64,000 nucleotides of DNA from an uncultured delta proteobacterium. Lineage in GTDB: Bacteria > Desulfobacterota > Desulfobaccia > Desulfobaccales > 0-14-0-80-60-11. Where the stretch lies: contig CAWETI010000003.1 in assembly GCA_963812015.1 (NCBI GenBank), forward strand, positions 1,344,001-1,408,000, given 5' to 3'. The notes under the pieces are model-generated. The model was given only the letters and a program-made list of their open reading frames with translations. It made no database searches and was not told where the DNA came from. Both the position numbers and the translations under genes were made by a program. Positions 18,056-28,825 of the stretch are shown here, one piece after another (positions within the stretch are counted from its first letter, which is position 1; each line of letters opens with the position of its first letter).

Positions 18056-20754
18056 AACCCTGGCTCTTCCGCATTTCCTTAAGCCACCTGGCCCAATATC
18101 CCGGGCGCACCATCCTGGGAATCCTGGGTATCGCCCTGGGGACGGCGGTCTATCTGAGCATATCTTTGGCCGCGGCCAGCGATTTACAGAGCTTTCAAGC
18201 CGGGGTCCGGGCCGTGGCCGGCCAGGCCCAATGGCGCATCCAGACCCCCGGCGCTTCTCTGGATGAACCCCTGTTCACCAAAGTGCGGCGCCGTCCGGAA
18301 GTCAAGGCCGCGGCGCCCGCAGTGGAATCCGTCCTGGAACTCACCGGCCCCCACCGGGGTCCTGTCCTGCTCCTGGGGATCGATCCCTTCTCGGAGCGGC
18401 CTTTCCGGGATTACGAATTCTCCCAGGCCGCCGGCCTGAGCGACACGGCCTGGAGCGATTTTTTCACCGGACCCGACGCGGTCCTGGTAAGCCGGCGCCT
18501 GGCGTCCCGGTTAGGATTGAAGGTCGGGGACTCGCTGCCGGTGATGGTGGGGCCGCGACGGCAGGCCCTGGGGATCGTCGGCATCTTCACCTCCCGCAAC
18601 GGCCTTTATCCCTTTGACGGCGCGGTGCTGCTCATGGATATCGGCCCGGCCCAGGAACTCCTGGACCGGGTGGGGGGCCTGGACTATATCGACGTGATCG
18701 GGGCCGGGCCCGGGGCCGACGTCCAGAAGGGCCTCCAGGCAGTGGTCCCGCCCGGGGTGGAGGTGGTGCGGCCGGCCGCCCAGGGGAGCCGCACCGAGGG
18801 CCTGGTGGCCTCCTACCGCCTCAACCTGGCGGTATTGAGCGCCATCGCCCTGTTCGTCGGCATGTTCCTCATCTACCAGTCCGTCACCCTGTCGGTGGTG
18901 CGCCGCCGCCGGGAGATCGGTCTCCTCCGGACCCTAGGCATGACCCCAAGACAGGTGCTGCTCCTGTTTCTGGCCGAGGGCCTGGCCAGCGGTTTGGTGG
19001 GCGGTCTCCTGGGCCTCGTCCTGGGCCTGGGCCTGGCCCGGGGCGTGTTAGGGGTGATGACCCAGAACCTCTCTTCCCTCTATATGCCGGTGGTGGCCCA
19101 GGAGGTCGGGGTCCAGGGAGGGCTCTTACTCCAGGCCTGGGGCCTGGCCGTGCTGGCCACGCTCCTGGCGGCCATGCTGCCGGCCCGGGAGGCGGCCCGC
19201 ACCCACCTGAGGGCCGTGTGGCACCGGGAGGAACTGGAAGAAAAAATCGACAGCCGGGCCGGGCTCATCTTCGGGTGGGGGATAATAGCCCTGGTCCTGG
19301 CGGGGGCGGGGGCCGCCTGGAAAATCAACCATGGCCCGCCCTGGCCCGGATTTGCCGCGGCTTTCCTCATTCTTCTGGCCTTCGCCCTTTTCACCCCCCT
19401 GGCCGCCCGTATGCTGGGACAGGGGTTGCAGCCGGCCTTCCGGAAAATCCTGGGCCCCGCTGGTGATTTGGGCTGCCGCTACCTGGCCGGGTCCTTGAGC
19501 CGCAGCGCCGTCTCCATCGCCGCCCTGGCCTGTGCCCTGGGGATGCTCATCGCGGTGACCGTGATGATCGGCTCTTTCCGGCAGACGGTCAATGACTGGG
19601 TGACCCGGGCCATCAGCGGCGATATCTTTTTCGGGCCCGCGGTCTTCTCCACCGCGGCCTATGACCAGTACCTGCCGCCGGAAGTCCTGCCGCAATTGCG
19701 CCGGGACCCGGACGTGGAGGACATCTACCTCTACCGCTGCGTGCGCATCCCCTTTCAGGACCGCTATGTCCTGGTCATCGGCGGCAGCTTCGAGGTCTTG
19801 GCCCGCCACGGCGGCCTCTGGTTCCGCCGGGGGGATACGAAAGAGATTATGATGCAGGTTGGGGGAGGGGGCGAGGGGCTTTTTCGTAAGTTGCCCCTGC
19901 CCCAACGAAAAACTCCCCCAAACCCTCTTTCCCAACCCCCCTACAAAGAAAGTCCCCCTTTGGAAAAGGGGGATTTAGGGGGATTTCATAGGTTAGAACC
20001 GAAAACCAACCCAGGCCTGGTGGTGATTTCCGAGCCCCTGGCCGAGACCTTCCACCTGAAAGAAGGCGGCGTCATTACTCTGCCAACCCCCTCGGGGCCG
20101 CAACCGCTCACCATCGCCGGGGTGTTCTACGACTACCGCACCGACGGCCCCAGCGTCTGGATGGACATCTCCCAATTCCGGCGCTTCTGGCCCGACACCC
20201 ACCTGAACGCCGTGCGTCTCTACCTCAAGGACCCCGCCAGGGTGCCCCAGGTCCAGGAGCGGCTCCAGAAACAATACGGCGACCGCTACCGCCTCCTCAG
20301 CCTGTCCCACCGTGACCTGAGGAACGGCATCCTGAAGATCTTCGACGAGACCTTCGCCTTAACCTACGCCCTGGAAGGGGTGGCGGTGGTGGTGGCCATC
20401 TTCGCCATCATCACCACCTTCCTGGTGCTCATCATGGAGCGTGAGCGGGAACTGGCCCTGCTCCAGGCCCTGGGGGCCTCCCGTCGGCAGATTCTGGGCA
20501 TGGTCCTGGTGGAATCGGGCCTGGCCGGCTTCCTGAGCTTTTTGTTAGGGGCGATGTGTGGTTCAGTCCTGTCTCTGCTGCTGATCTTCGTCATCAACAA
20601 GCAGGCCTTCGGTTGGACCATCCAGCTCCACTGGACCCCGGCCATCTACTGGCAGACCCTGCTCCTGGTCATGTCCCTGAGCCTGGCCGCCGCGGCCTAC
20701 CCCGCCTGGCGGGCCATCAAGCCGCACCTGGCGGCGATTTTGAAGGAAGAGTGA
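18052..20754 (+). CDS. FtsX/MacB-like ABC transporter permease with duplicated domains, carrying an in-frame repeat insertion
   Basis: Two FtsX-type repeats (RRREIGLLRTLG, RERELALLQALG), many TM helices, ATGA overlap with the ATPase gene. Confidence 0.92.
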   Translation: MKPWLFRISLSHLAQYPGRTILGILGIALGTAVYLSISLAAASDLQSFQAGVRAVAGQAQWRIQTPGASLDEPLFTKVRRRPEVKAAAPAVESVLELTGPHRGPVLLLGIDPFSERPFRDYEFSQAAGLSDTAWSDFFTGPDAVLVSRRLASRLGLKVGDSLPVMVGPRRQALGIVGIFTSRNGLYPFDGAVLLMDIGPAQELLDRVGGLDYIDVIGAGPGADVQKGLQAVVPPGVEVVRPAAQGSRTEGLVASYRLNLAVLSAIALFVGMFLIYQSVTLSVVRRRREIGLLRTLGMTPRQVLLLFLAEGLASGLVGGLLGLVLGLGLARGVLGVMTQNLSSLYMPVVAQEVGVQGGLLLQAWGLAVLATLLAAMLPAREAARTHLRAVWHREELEEKIDSRAGLIFGWGIIALVLAGAGAAWKINHGPPWPGFAAAFLILLAFALFTPLAARMLGQGLQPAFRKILGPAGDLGCRYLAGSLSRSAVSIAALACALGMLIAVTVMIGSFRQTVNDWVTRAISGDIFFGPAVFSTAAYDQYLPPEVLPQLRRDPDVEDIYLYRCVRIPFQDRYVLVIGGSFEVLARHGGLWFRRGDTKEIMMQVGGGGEGLFRKLPLPQRKTPPNPLSQPPYKESPPLEKGDLGGFHRLEPKTNPGLVVISEPLAETFHLKEGGVITLPTPSGPQPLTIAGVFYDYRTDGPSVWMDISQFRRFWPDTHLNAVRLYLKDPARVPQVQERLQKQYGDRYRLLSLSHRDLRNGILKIFDETFALTYALEGVAVVVAIFAIITTFLVLIMERERELALLQALGASRRQILGMVLVESGLAGFLSFLLGAMCGSVLSLLLIFVINKQAFGWTIQLHWTPAIYWQTLLLVMSLSLAAAAYPAWRAIKPHLAAILKEE
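19859..19986. repeat. Composite palindromic repeat (families A and B) located inside the permease CDS
   Basis: 19859-19940 aligns to the reverse complement of 1924-1995. 19949-19986 matches intergenic 31465-31502 at 35/38 nt. Confidence 0.85.
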
Positions 20755-20805
20755 TGTTGGATATAAACCCAAAACAAGGGCATCCCCTATAAGTGAAGTT
20801 TTTAG

Positions 20806-22059
20806 ATGATTAATAAAAATATGCAATATCTTGACAGAAGTATAGTTATTTGTGTGATAGTCACGTCAATTATTGTATTTTTTTATAGTTATTTATTTTT
20901 CGGTGCTTGTATATTAGGAATAATATTAGTTATGTTATTTAGATATAAATGGGTTATAGATAATGAAATAAAATTAAAAAGTGCTTTAAAAAATATAACA
21001 GTAAGTGTCGTTACCATTTGCAGTTTAACTGTTTTGGGTGAAATCTGGTTACATGTATATCCGCATCGGTTCACCGGAATTGATGATGTGGATATCGTGG
21101 GAGATTTCAGTGATTACACTTTAAGGCGCTATTTAACTGAAGATATTTTTAAAAATAGATCAGACGTTGTCAGAATATTGGGGTTGGGAGATTCGTTTAG
21201 CGTGAACTTAAAGGATGAGGGGAAAAACTATAACAATTTATTGCAGCAAAAATTTATTAATAGTGGCCAGGGTGACGTGGAGATCGTCAATGCCGGTATG
21301 GAGGCGATTGTCCCCGGATACTACGGTCATATTTTAAATGAATATGGAGATTTATTCAAACCTGATCTGGTCATGGTAAGTTTTTTTGTAGGTAATGATA
21401 TTGAACAATCTGAAAATTCAATTTTCATAGGAAATATTATTTACGAACCTAAGGATTTGTTCAAAAGATATTCAAGATATTATCAATTCAGCCATGTGAG
21501 ATTATACCGGCTGCTCAAGAATCAATATACTCGTTATCGGGAAGAACAACTGAAAAAACAGGAGGCCAAACGCTACCCTCCTCAGCAGGAAGGAAGTTTT
21601 TCTGAGAAAACCTTTTTAGGAATTGAGAGAATGAGAAGTTGGATATTTGATAAGAATAATCGGGAATTGTTACAGAAAGAATGGCGAAAATGTTCTGAGG
21701 TTTTCATGAAAATGCAAGATTGGTGTGACCAGAGAAAGATAAAATTGGTAATAGCCATTCTGCCCGATCAATTCCAGGTGGACCAAGAAATAAGAGAAGC
21801 GGTTTTAACTAGATATAAAAATATTGAAGAGAACAATATGGATCTGAGCCAGCCTAATAATCTCATCGTGAATTTTTGCCGGGCCCATCATATAAATTGC
21901 CTGGACATGTTGCGGAATTTCCAAGAAAAGGCCAAAAATGAGCGATTGTATACCTTGAGAGATACGCATTGGAATGAAGCGGGCAACCGGTTGGCGGCCG
22001 ACTTGATATTCGAGTATCTTGAAGAAAATCAATTACTACCGCCCCGGCCTCTACAATAG
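20806..22059 (+). CDS. Membrane-anchored SGNH/GDSL hydrolase-like protein (AlgX/AlgJ-like), low GC
   Basis: GLGDSF (block I), NAG, GND and DTHWN (block V) motifs; N-terminal TM helices; markedly AT-rich. Confidence 0.85.
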   Translation: MINKNMQYLDRSIVICVIVTSIIVFFYSYLFFGACILGIILVMLFRYKWVIDNEIKLKSALKNITVSVVTICSLTVLGEIWLHVYPHRFTGIDDVDIVGDFSDYTLRRYLTEDIFKNRSDVVRILGLGDSFSVNLKDEGKNYNNLLQQKFINSGQGDVEIVNAGMEAIVPGYYGHILNEYGDLFKPDLVMVSFFVGNDIEQSENSIFIGNIIYEPKDLFKRYSRYYQFSHVRLYRLLKNQYTRYREEQLKKQEAKRYPPQQEGSFSEKTFLGIERMRSWIFDKNNRELLQKEWRKCSEVFMKMQDWCDQRKIKLVIAILPDQFQVDQEIREAVLTRYKNIEENNMDLSQPNNLIVNFCRAHHINCLDMLRNFQEKAKNERLYTLRDTHWNEAGNRLAADLIFEYLEENQLLPPRPLQ

Positions 22060-22248
22060 ATCAAAGGTTGATCCGGCTTTTGTCTTCGAGCATCCCTCTC
22101 CTGGTCAGGTGCGTTAGGCATCGTGCCCTCCGGTAAACCAGGGTGACCTTTATCAGGGACAAAAGTCCAGGGCCTACGACCGAGCGGCTCAAGCAAGGGA
22201 TGATTCACGTCTCGTGACAAAGGCCATTCTCAATGATATGCTTAAAAA

Positions 22249-23031
22249 ATGTTAAAGCGCACTTTCATTCATCTCCCCGGGGTGGGGCCCCGCTTCGAGA
22301 CGCATTTCTGGCGCCAAGGGGTGGCCACCTGGGAAGATTTTCTCGCCGCCAAGCGGCTCCGGGGCCTGTCCCGGCAACGCCTCGGTCTGCTTCAAGGTGA
22401 GCTGCAGGGGTCTCTTGTGCACGTGGAAGACCCCGCTTATTTCGCCGAGCGGTTGCCGGCCGGGGAGCATTGGCGCCTCTTTAACCACCTCCGGCCCCGG
22501 GTCGGCTATCTGGACATCGAGACCACCGGCACAGTTTGGCCGGGCCTCCTGGTCACCGTGGTGGGCCTCTACGACGGCCACAACATGCGCCAGTTCGTTC
22601 AGGGTTTTAACCTGCAAGAATTTCCCTCGGTCCTGTCGGAGTTCGACCTCCTGGTCACCTTCAACGGCACCCAGTTCGACCTACCGGTGCTCAAGGCCTA
22701 CTTCCCCGAGTTAAGTCTGCCGCCGGCCCACGTGGACCTGCGCTTTCTCATGGCCCGCCTGGGCTTCAAGGGGGGGCTGAAGAAGATCGAGCCCCTCTTC
22801 GGCATCCGCCGCCCCAAGGCCGTGAACGGCATGGACGGCTATATGGCGGTCCTCCTGTGGCAGCGCTACCAGCGGGGGGATAAAGGAGCCCTATATCTGC
22901 TCCTGAGCTACAACCGGGAGGACGTGGTCAACCTGGAAGTGCTCATGGACGCGGCCTTCCGCATGGAGCGGGAGCGGCTCTTTCCCACCCGCCCCGGGGA
23001 GACCGGCCTGCGCCAGGCGGCCCGGCCCTGA
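22249..23031 (+). CDS. RNase H-like/DEDD exonuclease domain protein (YprB family)
   Basis: YLDIETTG, TFNG-QFDLP, HVDL, GGLKKIE and YNREDV motifs; N-terminal HhH-like LPGVG. Confidence 0.88.
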   Translation: MLKRTFIHLPGVGPRFETHFWRQGVATWEDFLAAKRLRGLSRQRLGLLQGELQGSLVHVEDPAYFAERLPAGEHWRLFNHLRPRVGYLDIETTGTVWPGLLVTVVGLYDGHNMRQFVQGFNLQEFPSVLSEFDLLVTFNGTQFDLPVLKAYFPELSLPPAHVDLRFLMARLGFKGGLKKIEPLFGIRRPKAVNGMDGYMAVLLWQRYQRGDKGALYLLLSYNREDVVNLEVLMDAAFRMERERLFPTRPGETGLRQAARP

Positions 23032-23056
23032 CCGACAGTCTGTTTGAGAAAAGGAA

Positions 23057-23160
23057 TGGCGGGCAGTGCCCGCCCTACACTCTGCAAATACCTTGATGGC
23101 GGGCACGGAGGCCCTCCCCACCGGGAAAGAGTTGGTGGGGCGGCCGTCCCTGGCCGCCGC
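23057..23160. repeat. Cluster of GTAG-type REP palindromes
   Basis: GGCGGGCAGTGCCCGCCCTAC (reverse complement begins GTAGGGCGGGC) followed by two degenerate hairpins. Confidence 0.7.
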
Positions 23161-23428
23161 CAAATTCGCCGCATCGCCCTTGCTTAGCCGCGGTCATCAC
23201 TGAAACCCAATAGTTCAACAGCATCCGCCCCAGTCTCCCGGCAACCACCGCAGATATCGACTAACCAATTCCCATCAAACCAGTGACACGGGCGTCAGGC
23301 CAGAGCAGGTGCCGCCTGAATTTCGTAGCTATAACGAGGGCGCCCTGGCCGCTGGAAATGCAAATGGGGTTGTGGCGAAGATAGTTCGTATCGTAAAATG
23401 AATGTGATAAAATAACCCCGGGGGAAAT

Positions 23429-25144
23429 ATGCTCTTTTCGCGACTGCTAATACCGACTTTGAAAGAAAACCCGGCGGAGGCCGAGGCGGTCTCCCACCGC
23501 CTGCTGCTCCGGGCCGGGATGATCCGCAAACTGGCCTCCGGGATTTATAACTATCTGCCCCTGGGCCTCAGGGCGCTTCGCAAGGTGGAGCGCATCGTCC
23601 GGGAGGAGATGGACCGGGCCGGGGCCTTGGAGGTCTTGCTGCCGGCGGTGCAGCCGGCGGAGCTGTGGCAGGAGTCCGGCCGTTGGCAGGTTTACGGCAA
23701 GGAACTGCTGCGCTTCCAGGATCGCCACGGCCGGGACTGCTGTTTCGGGCCCACCCATGAGGAAGTGATCACCGACCTGGTGCGCAAAGAAGTGCATTCC
23801 TACCGGCAACTGCCTCTCAACCTCTACCAGATCCAGGTGAAGTTTCGCGATGAAATCCGGCCCCGCTTCGGCTTGATCCGGGGGCGGGAATTCATCATGA
23901 AGGACGCCTACAGTTTTGACGCGGATGAGGCCGGGGCCGAAGCCTGTTACGGGCGGATGTACGACGCCTACAACCGCATCTTCAGCCGCTGCGGCCTCAA
24001 CTTCAAGGTGGTGGAGGCGGATTCCGGCCCCATCGGCGGCAGCTTTTCCCATGAATTCATGGTCCTGGCGGACACGGGGGAAGATCTGTTAGCCTCGTGC
24101 ACCAGTTGCGACTATGCCGCCAACCTGGAGAAGGCCGGGGTGGCCCCGGAGCCGGGCTCGCCCGGTCCTGCGGTGGGGGGCGCCCCGGAGCCGGTGCTCA
24201 CTCCCAACGTGCGCACCGTCGAGGAAGTGGCGGCGTTTTTAAAGGTGACCCCCCAGGAAATCGTCAAGACCCTGATCTATGAGACGGACAACGGGCCGGT
24301 GGCGGTCCTGATCCGGGGGGACCACGAAGTCAACGAAGTTAAGGTGAAAAACCTCCTGGGGGTCGCCGACCTGATTCTGGCCGGACTCATCCGGGTCCAG
24401 GAGCTCACCGGGGCCGAAGTGGGCTTCGCCGGGCCGGTGGGCTTGAAGCTCCCCATCTACGCCGACCAGGCGGTGGCCCGGATGTCCGCCATGGTCACCG
24501 GGGCCAACCGGGACAACTATCACCTCAAGAACGTCCATCCCGGCCGGGACTTGAAGATCACCGAAGTGGCGGATCTCCGGTCGATATGCGCACAAGATCC
24601 CTGCCCCCGGTGCCGGGGGGCGCTGACGCTCCTCCGGGGCATCGAGGTGGGGCACATCTTCAAGCTGGGCCTCAAGTACTCCAAGGCCCTGAAGGCCACC
24701 TACCTGGACGCCGACGGCAAGGAGCAATATCTTTACATGGGCTGCTACGGCATCGGGGTGAGCCGCATCGTGGCCGCGGCCATCGAACAGGGGCACGACG
24801 ACAACGGCATCATCTTTCCCATGGCCCTGGCCCCCTTCCAGGTGGGCCTCATCCCCATCGCGGTCAATGACCCGGCGGTGTGGGGCTGCGTCGAACAACT
24901 CCACGCCGATCTCGAAGCCGCCGGGGTGGAAGTGCTGCTGGATGACCGGGACGAGCGCCCGGGCGTAAAGTTCAAGGACTGCGATCTGTTGGGGCTGCCC
25001 CTCAGGGTGGTGGTGGGGGCCAAGGCCCTGGCCCAGGGCAATGCGGAAGTGCGCCACCGGCGCGCCCCGAACAACGTCATGGTCCCCCTCCAGGACCTGA
25101 TTCCCTACCTCAAGGATCACATCGCTCAGGAGCAGCATGGCTAA
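23429..25144 (+). CDS. proS: Proline--tRNA ligase
   Basis: [17 protein letters not shown]...REF-MKDAYSF, INS editing domain, [11 protein letters not shown] and MGCYGIG motifs. Confidence 0.98.
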   Translation: MLFSRLLIPTLKENPAEAEAVSHRLLLRAGMIRKLASGIYNYLPLGLRALRKVERIVREEMDRAGALEVLLPAVQPAELWQESGRWQVYGKELLRFQDRHGRDCCFGPTHEEVITDLVRKEVHSYRQLPLNLYQIQVKFRDEIRPRFGLIRGREFIMKDAYSFDADEAGAEACYGRMYDAYNRIFSRCGLNFKVVEADSGPIGGSFSHEFMVLADTGEDLLASCTSCDYAANLEKAGVAPEPGSPGPAVGGAPEPVLTPNVRTVEEVAAFLKVTPQEIVKTLIYETDNGPVAVLIRGDHEVNEVKVKNLLGVADLILAGLIRVQELTGAEVGFAGPVGLKLPIYADQAVARMSAMVTGANRDNYHLKNVHPGRDLKITEVADLRSICAQDPCPRCRGALTLLRGIEVGHIFKLGLKYSKALKATYLDADGKEQYLYMGCYGIGVSRIVAAAIEQGHDDNGIIFPMALAPFQVGLIPIAVNDPAVWGCVEQLHADLEAAGVEVLLDDRDERPGVKFKDCDLLGLPLRVVVGAKALAQGNAEVRHRRAPNNVMVPLQDLIPYLKDHIAQEQHG

Positions 25145-27296
25145 CCGGATCATCCGCCTCCAGGACATCGTGGAGGAGGTGCTGACACATCACCCGGAGT
25201 CGGATACCAGCCTCATCGAGAAGGCCTACATCTTCTCGGCCAAGGCCCATGAGGGACAGTTGCGCCTGAGCGGCGAACCTTACCTGTCCCACCCCCTGGA
25301 AGTGGCCTATCTCCTGGCCAAGATGGGCCTGGGGCCCGTCACCGTCTCCTCCGGCCTGCTCCACGACACGGTGGAGGACTCCGCCGCCTCCCTGGACGAT
25401 TTGGAAGAATACTTCGGCGAGGAAGTGGCGGATGTCGTCAACGGGGTCACCAAGATCGGCCAACTGGTCTTCGGCGACCGGCAAACCCAGCAGGCGGAAT
25501 ATATCCGCAAGATGATCCTGTCCATGTCCCATGACATCCGGGTTCTGCTGGTGAAGCTGGCCGACCGGGCGCACAACATGCGGACCCTGGAGTTCATGGA
25601 GCCCGCCAAACAGAAGCGCATCGCCCGGGAGACCCTGGATATCTATGCCCCCCTGGCCGGTCGTCTGGGCATGTTCCGCCTCAAGGCCGAGCTGGAAGAC
25701 CTGTCTTTTTATTATCTGGAGTCGGAGGCATATCAGCAGATCCAGGAAGGTTTGTCCCGGAAAAAGGGGGTTCTGGAGAAATACAACCAGGAGATGTGCC
25801 AGTACCTCCGGGACCAACTGGAAGAGCATCACATCAAGGGAGAAGTGAGCGGACGGGTAAAAAATCTCTACAGTATCTACCGCAAGCTCCAGGCCCAGCA
25901 GATCACCCTGGACGAACTCTATGACCTCCTGGCTTTTCGCATTATCGTGGACAATCTGCATGACTGTTATGAAACCCTGGGGGTGATCCACAACCTGTTT
26001 CGGCCGGTGCCGGGACGCCTCAAAGATTATATCGGCATGCCCAAGGGCAACATGTACCAGTCCATTCACACCACGGTCATCGGCCAGGGGGGCGAACGCC
26101 TGGAAATCCAGATCCGCACCCGGGAGATGCACCGGGTGGCCGAAGAAGGGATTGCGGCCCACTGGAGCTACAAGGAGCGGCGGGCTTTCCACGAAAAGGA
26201 CGCGGAGCGCTTTTCCTGGCTCAAGCAGATGGTGGACCTCCAGAAGGAGTTGAAGAGTCCCCAGGAACTCCTGGAAGGGGTGCGCCTGGAGCTCTACCCG
26301 GACGAGGTCTACGTCTTTACCCCCACCGGCGACGTCAAGGAATTGCCCCGGGGCGCCACGGTGGTGGATTTCGCCTACGCCATCCACTCGGAAGTGGGCA
26401 ATCGCTGTACCGGCGCCAAGGTCAACGGCCGCATGGTGCCGCTGCGCACGGAACTCTCGAACGGCGACACGCTGGAGATCATTACCTCGCCCCACCACCA
26501 TCCCAGCCGGGACTGGCTCCAATTCGTCAAGACCACCAAGGCCCGCCACAAGATACGCCAATGGCTCAAGGTGGCGGAGCGGGAGCAGTCCGTGGCCCTG
26601 GGCAAGGAGCTGCTGGAGCGGGAGTTGCGCAAATCTGGAACCAGCCTGCAGAGGCTGTTGAAGGACGGAGACGACCTCAAACAGGTGATCCAGGATTTGT
26701 CCTTTGTGGGGGTGGACGACCTCCTGGCGGCCATCGGGCACGGCAAGGTGTCCCCCGGGCAGGTGACCGGCCGGTTGTCTCGGCTGAACGCCCCGGCGGT
26801 GGAGGAGGAGGTCCCCCCCGAGCTGCCGGCGAAACGGGCCAAGGAAGAACCCGCCGGCCTCAAGGTCAAGGACCTGGATGATCTTTTGTTGCGCCTGGCC
26901 AACTGCTGCCAGCCCATCCCCGGGGACGCCATCATGGGCTACATTACCCGGGGCAAAGGGGTGACCATCCACCGGGCCGACTGTCCTTACCTGGCCAGCA
27001 CCGAGACCTTCCGCCACATCCCGGCGGAGTGGGACGGGGCCGGCGGGCCCCAGAAGCTCTATCCGGTTAAAATCCAGGTGGTGACGGTGGATAAGCCCGG
27101 TTTGCTGGCGGATATCACCAGCGCCTTGAAGATCGCCGAAGTCAATGTCACCAAGGCCTCGGTGGAGACCACGGCGGAAAATAAGGGGGTTGCCCAGTTC
27201 ACCATTCAGGTGGCGGACCAGCAGCACCTGGAAAAGGTTTTCGGGGCCCTCAAACGCTTAAAAGAAGTGATTTCGGTGCGGCGGCTGACGGGATGA
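25137..27296 (+). CDS. spoT: Bifunctional (p)ppGpp synthetase/hydrolase
   Basis: Intact HD motif (LLHDTVED); KLADR-HN, YQSIHT and EIQIRT motifs; TGS and ACT domains. Confidence 0.95.
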   Translation: MANRIIRLQDIVEEVLTHHPESDTSLIEKAYIFSAKAHEGQLRLSGEPYLSHPLEVAYLLAKMGLGPVTVSSGLLHDTVEDSAASLDDLEEYFGEEVADVVNGVTKIGQLVFGDRQTQQAEYIRKMILSMSHDIRVLLVKLADRAHNMRTLEFMEPAKQKRIARETLDIYAPLAGRLGMFRLKAELEDLSFYYLESEAYQQIQEGLSRKKGVLEKYNQEMCQYLRDQLEEHHIKGEVSGRVKNLYSIYRKLQAQQITLDELYDLLAFRIIVDNLHDCYETLGVIHNLFRPVPGRLKDYIGMPKGNMYQSIHTTVIGQGGERLEIQIRTREMHRVAEEGIAAHWSYKERRAFHEKDAERFSWLKQMVDLQKELKSPQELLEGVRLELYPDEVYVFTPTGDVKELPRGATVVDFAYAIHSEVGNRCTGAKVNGRMVPLRTELSNGDTLEIITSPHHHPSRDWLQFVKTTKARHKIRQWLKVAEREQSVALGKELLERELRKSGTSLQRLLKDGDDLKQVIQDLSFVGVDDLLAAIGHGKVSPGQVTGRLSRLNAPAVEEEVPPELPAKRAKEEPAGLKVKDLDDLLLRLANCCQPIPGDAIMGYITRGKGVTIHRADCPYLASTETFRHIPAEWDGAGGPQKLYPVKIQVVTVDKPGLLADITSALKIAEVNVTKASVETTAENKGVAQFTIQVADQQHLEKVFGALKRLKEVISVRRLTG

Positions 27297-27297
27297 A

Positions 27298-27390
27298 AAA
27301 AGGGCGAGAAGGTTAAAAGGTCAAAAGGCGAAAAGGGGAGCTATTATTCTCTTTCCCTTTTCGCCCTTTCGCCTTTTTCCCTTTTCCCCC
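27298..27390. repeat. Inverted short tandem (octamer-like) repeats forming a hairpin between convergent genes
   Basis: AAAAGGCG-like units facing TTTTCGCC-like units; similar units occur at 33548-33610. Confidence 0.6.
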
Positions 27391-27438
27391 CGCCCGGAAG
27401 AGGCTTAAGAATTTTATTTAGGGAAGACATCGGACTGC

Positions 27439-27630
27439 TCAGGCCGGTTTAACCACCTTCCCGGAACGCAAGCACCGGGTGCACACCTGCATGTAGCTGA
27501 CGGACCCCTGGCTCAAGGCCCGGACCCGGCGCAGATTTGGCTTCCAGCGGCGCTTGGTGTGGTTGTTGGCATGGCTGACGTTGTTGCCCACCTGGGGGCG
27601 TTTACCGCAAATCTCACAGACATAGGACAT
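27439..27630 (-). CDS. rpmB: 50S ribosomal protein L28
   Basis: CEICGK...[17 protein letters not shown]...[11 protein letters not shown]. Confidence 0.98.
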   Translation of the reverse strand: MSYVCEICGKRPQVGNNVSHANNHTKRRWKPNLRRVRALSQGSVSYMQVCTRCLRSGKVVKPA

Positions 27631-27692
27631 GACACATCCTCCTCAAACTTTTTAAGTTTATAAAAATTTTCAGGGGAAGCAAGAGAAAAAGG

Positions 27693-28622
27693 ATGAAAAT
27701 TTCCTGGATGAGGCATTTAGGGGGTGTGGTCCTGGCGCTGCTGCTCTTCTCAGGACTGCCGGGGGTGGCGGCCCAGGCCCGGAGCCTGGACTCCCGGGAA
27801 GAGGCGGCCCTATTCTCCCTGGCCGACCTGGGGCCGGTGGACCTCTCCCCCAAGACGGTGACCGTGGAACTCTATGTCGCCCCGGATGAGGAGTTGGCCG
27901 AATGCCGCCGCATGCTGGCCCAGGTTTGGGAGCAAGTGTGGCAATTCTATGCCGGGATGGGGGTAAATCTGGAGGAGGTGGCCGGACAATCCCAGCCCGG
28001 GTCCCTGGCTCCGGCCAAACGCCTCCGGATCGAGATACTCGCCGACCGGCAGTGGCTGAACCAGAGCTTCAAGGCCTTCGACGTGGCGCCGCCTTTTCAA
28101 CTACGCTTCCTCCAGGTCTGCCTGGACAAGTGCGCCTTCGCCCACATGAACCTATCCACCGTCCACATCTCGTTCAAACGTTTTAAGAAGGCCGAATTTT
28201 CCACCGATACCAAGGACTCCAGCCTCAACCGGCACTGGCTGGCCAACCTGCTGATCCACGAACTGGGTCATCTGATGGGCCTCTACCATTCCTTCGAGTT
28301 CACCAACGACCCGGTGGCCAATGAGGTCAAGGCCACCAAGGTCCCGAACTTCATGAGCCACGACATCGCCTTCAAAACCTCCCTGGGGTTCGTGGATTTC
28401 CAGAAACGCCTGATCCACAGTTATCTGGGCGGGGGCCGGGTATTTCAGCAATACCGGCAGGTGGACTTCGATCCGTTGCGCTACCTGGAGATGATGAAAC
28501 GCTACAACGGCTTTAAGGAAACCCAACCCACCAAAACCGCCACGGCCGGCAAGATCTCCCTTCGGGTGAAATCAGACCGCATCAAGACCTTTGACGACTA
28601 CGATGAGGATGATGAGGATTAA
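27693..28622 (+). CDS. Secreted zinc-dependent metalloprotease-like protein (metzincin motif)
   Basis: Signal peptide; HELGHLMGLYH (HExxHxxGxxH); Met-turn-like NFMS; acidic tail. Confidence 0.75.
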   Translation: MKISWMRHLGGVVLALLLFSGLPGVAAQARSLDSREEAALFSLADLGPVDLSPKTVTVELYVAPDEELAECRRMLAQVWEQVWQFYAGMGVNLEEVAGQSQPGSLAPAKRLRIEILADRQWLNQSFKAFDVAPPFQLRFLQVCLDKCAFAHMNLSTVHISFKRFKKAEFSTDTKDSSLNRHWLANLLIHELGHLMGLYHSFEFTNDPVANEVKATKVPNFMSHDIAFKTSLGFVDFQKRLIHSYLGGGRVFQQYRQVDFDPLRYLEMMKRYNGFKETQPTKTATAGKISLRVKSDRIKTFDDYDEDDED

Positions 28623-28624
28623 AA

Positions 28625-28790
28625 GCAGGGGGCAGGGGCCAGGGGTCAGGGACCAGGTGGTAGGGCGGGCGTTCCCGCCCGCCACATTCAGTGCACAGGC
28701 TGGAAAGCGTGTGCCACCAATAGAAAACAGAAAATGTAGGGTGGGCATTGCCCGCCTTTTAAGCGGTTGGGCCGTGCCCACCCCACACAA
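28625..28790. repeat. Heptamer repeats plus a GTAG-type REP/BIME-like cluster
   Basis: CAGGGG(C/T)-like heptamers, then GTAGGGCGGGCGTTCCCGCCC and GTAGGGTGGGCATTGCCCGCC-TTTTAAG-GGTTGGGCCGTGCCCACCC. Confidence 0.75.
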
Positions 28791-28825
28791 GCTACAGAGC
28801 CTGAATCCCATCGGGAGGTAGGAAC

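Noticed and set aside
22111..22120. GTTAGGC integron core-site-like sequence after a low-GC gene
   Set aside because: No matching inverse core site (RYYYAAC) after the stop codon and no integrase in the window.
23160..23428. T-box riboswitch upstream of proS
   Set aside because: No T-box consensus (GGTGGNACC) or terminator/antiterminator pair found.
25110..27227. 705-aa minus-strand ORF, and other long antisense ORFs (33827-35233, 62123-63973, 43094-44152, 13173-14117, 43-507)
   Set aside because: These are shadow ORFs opposite well-supported genes; stop-poor antisense frames are expected in high-GC DNA and they show no recognisable motifs.
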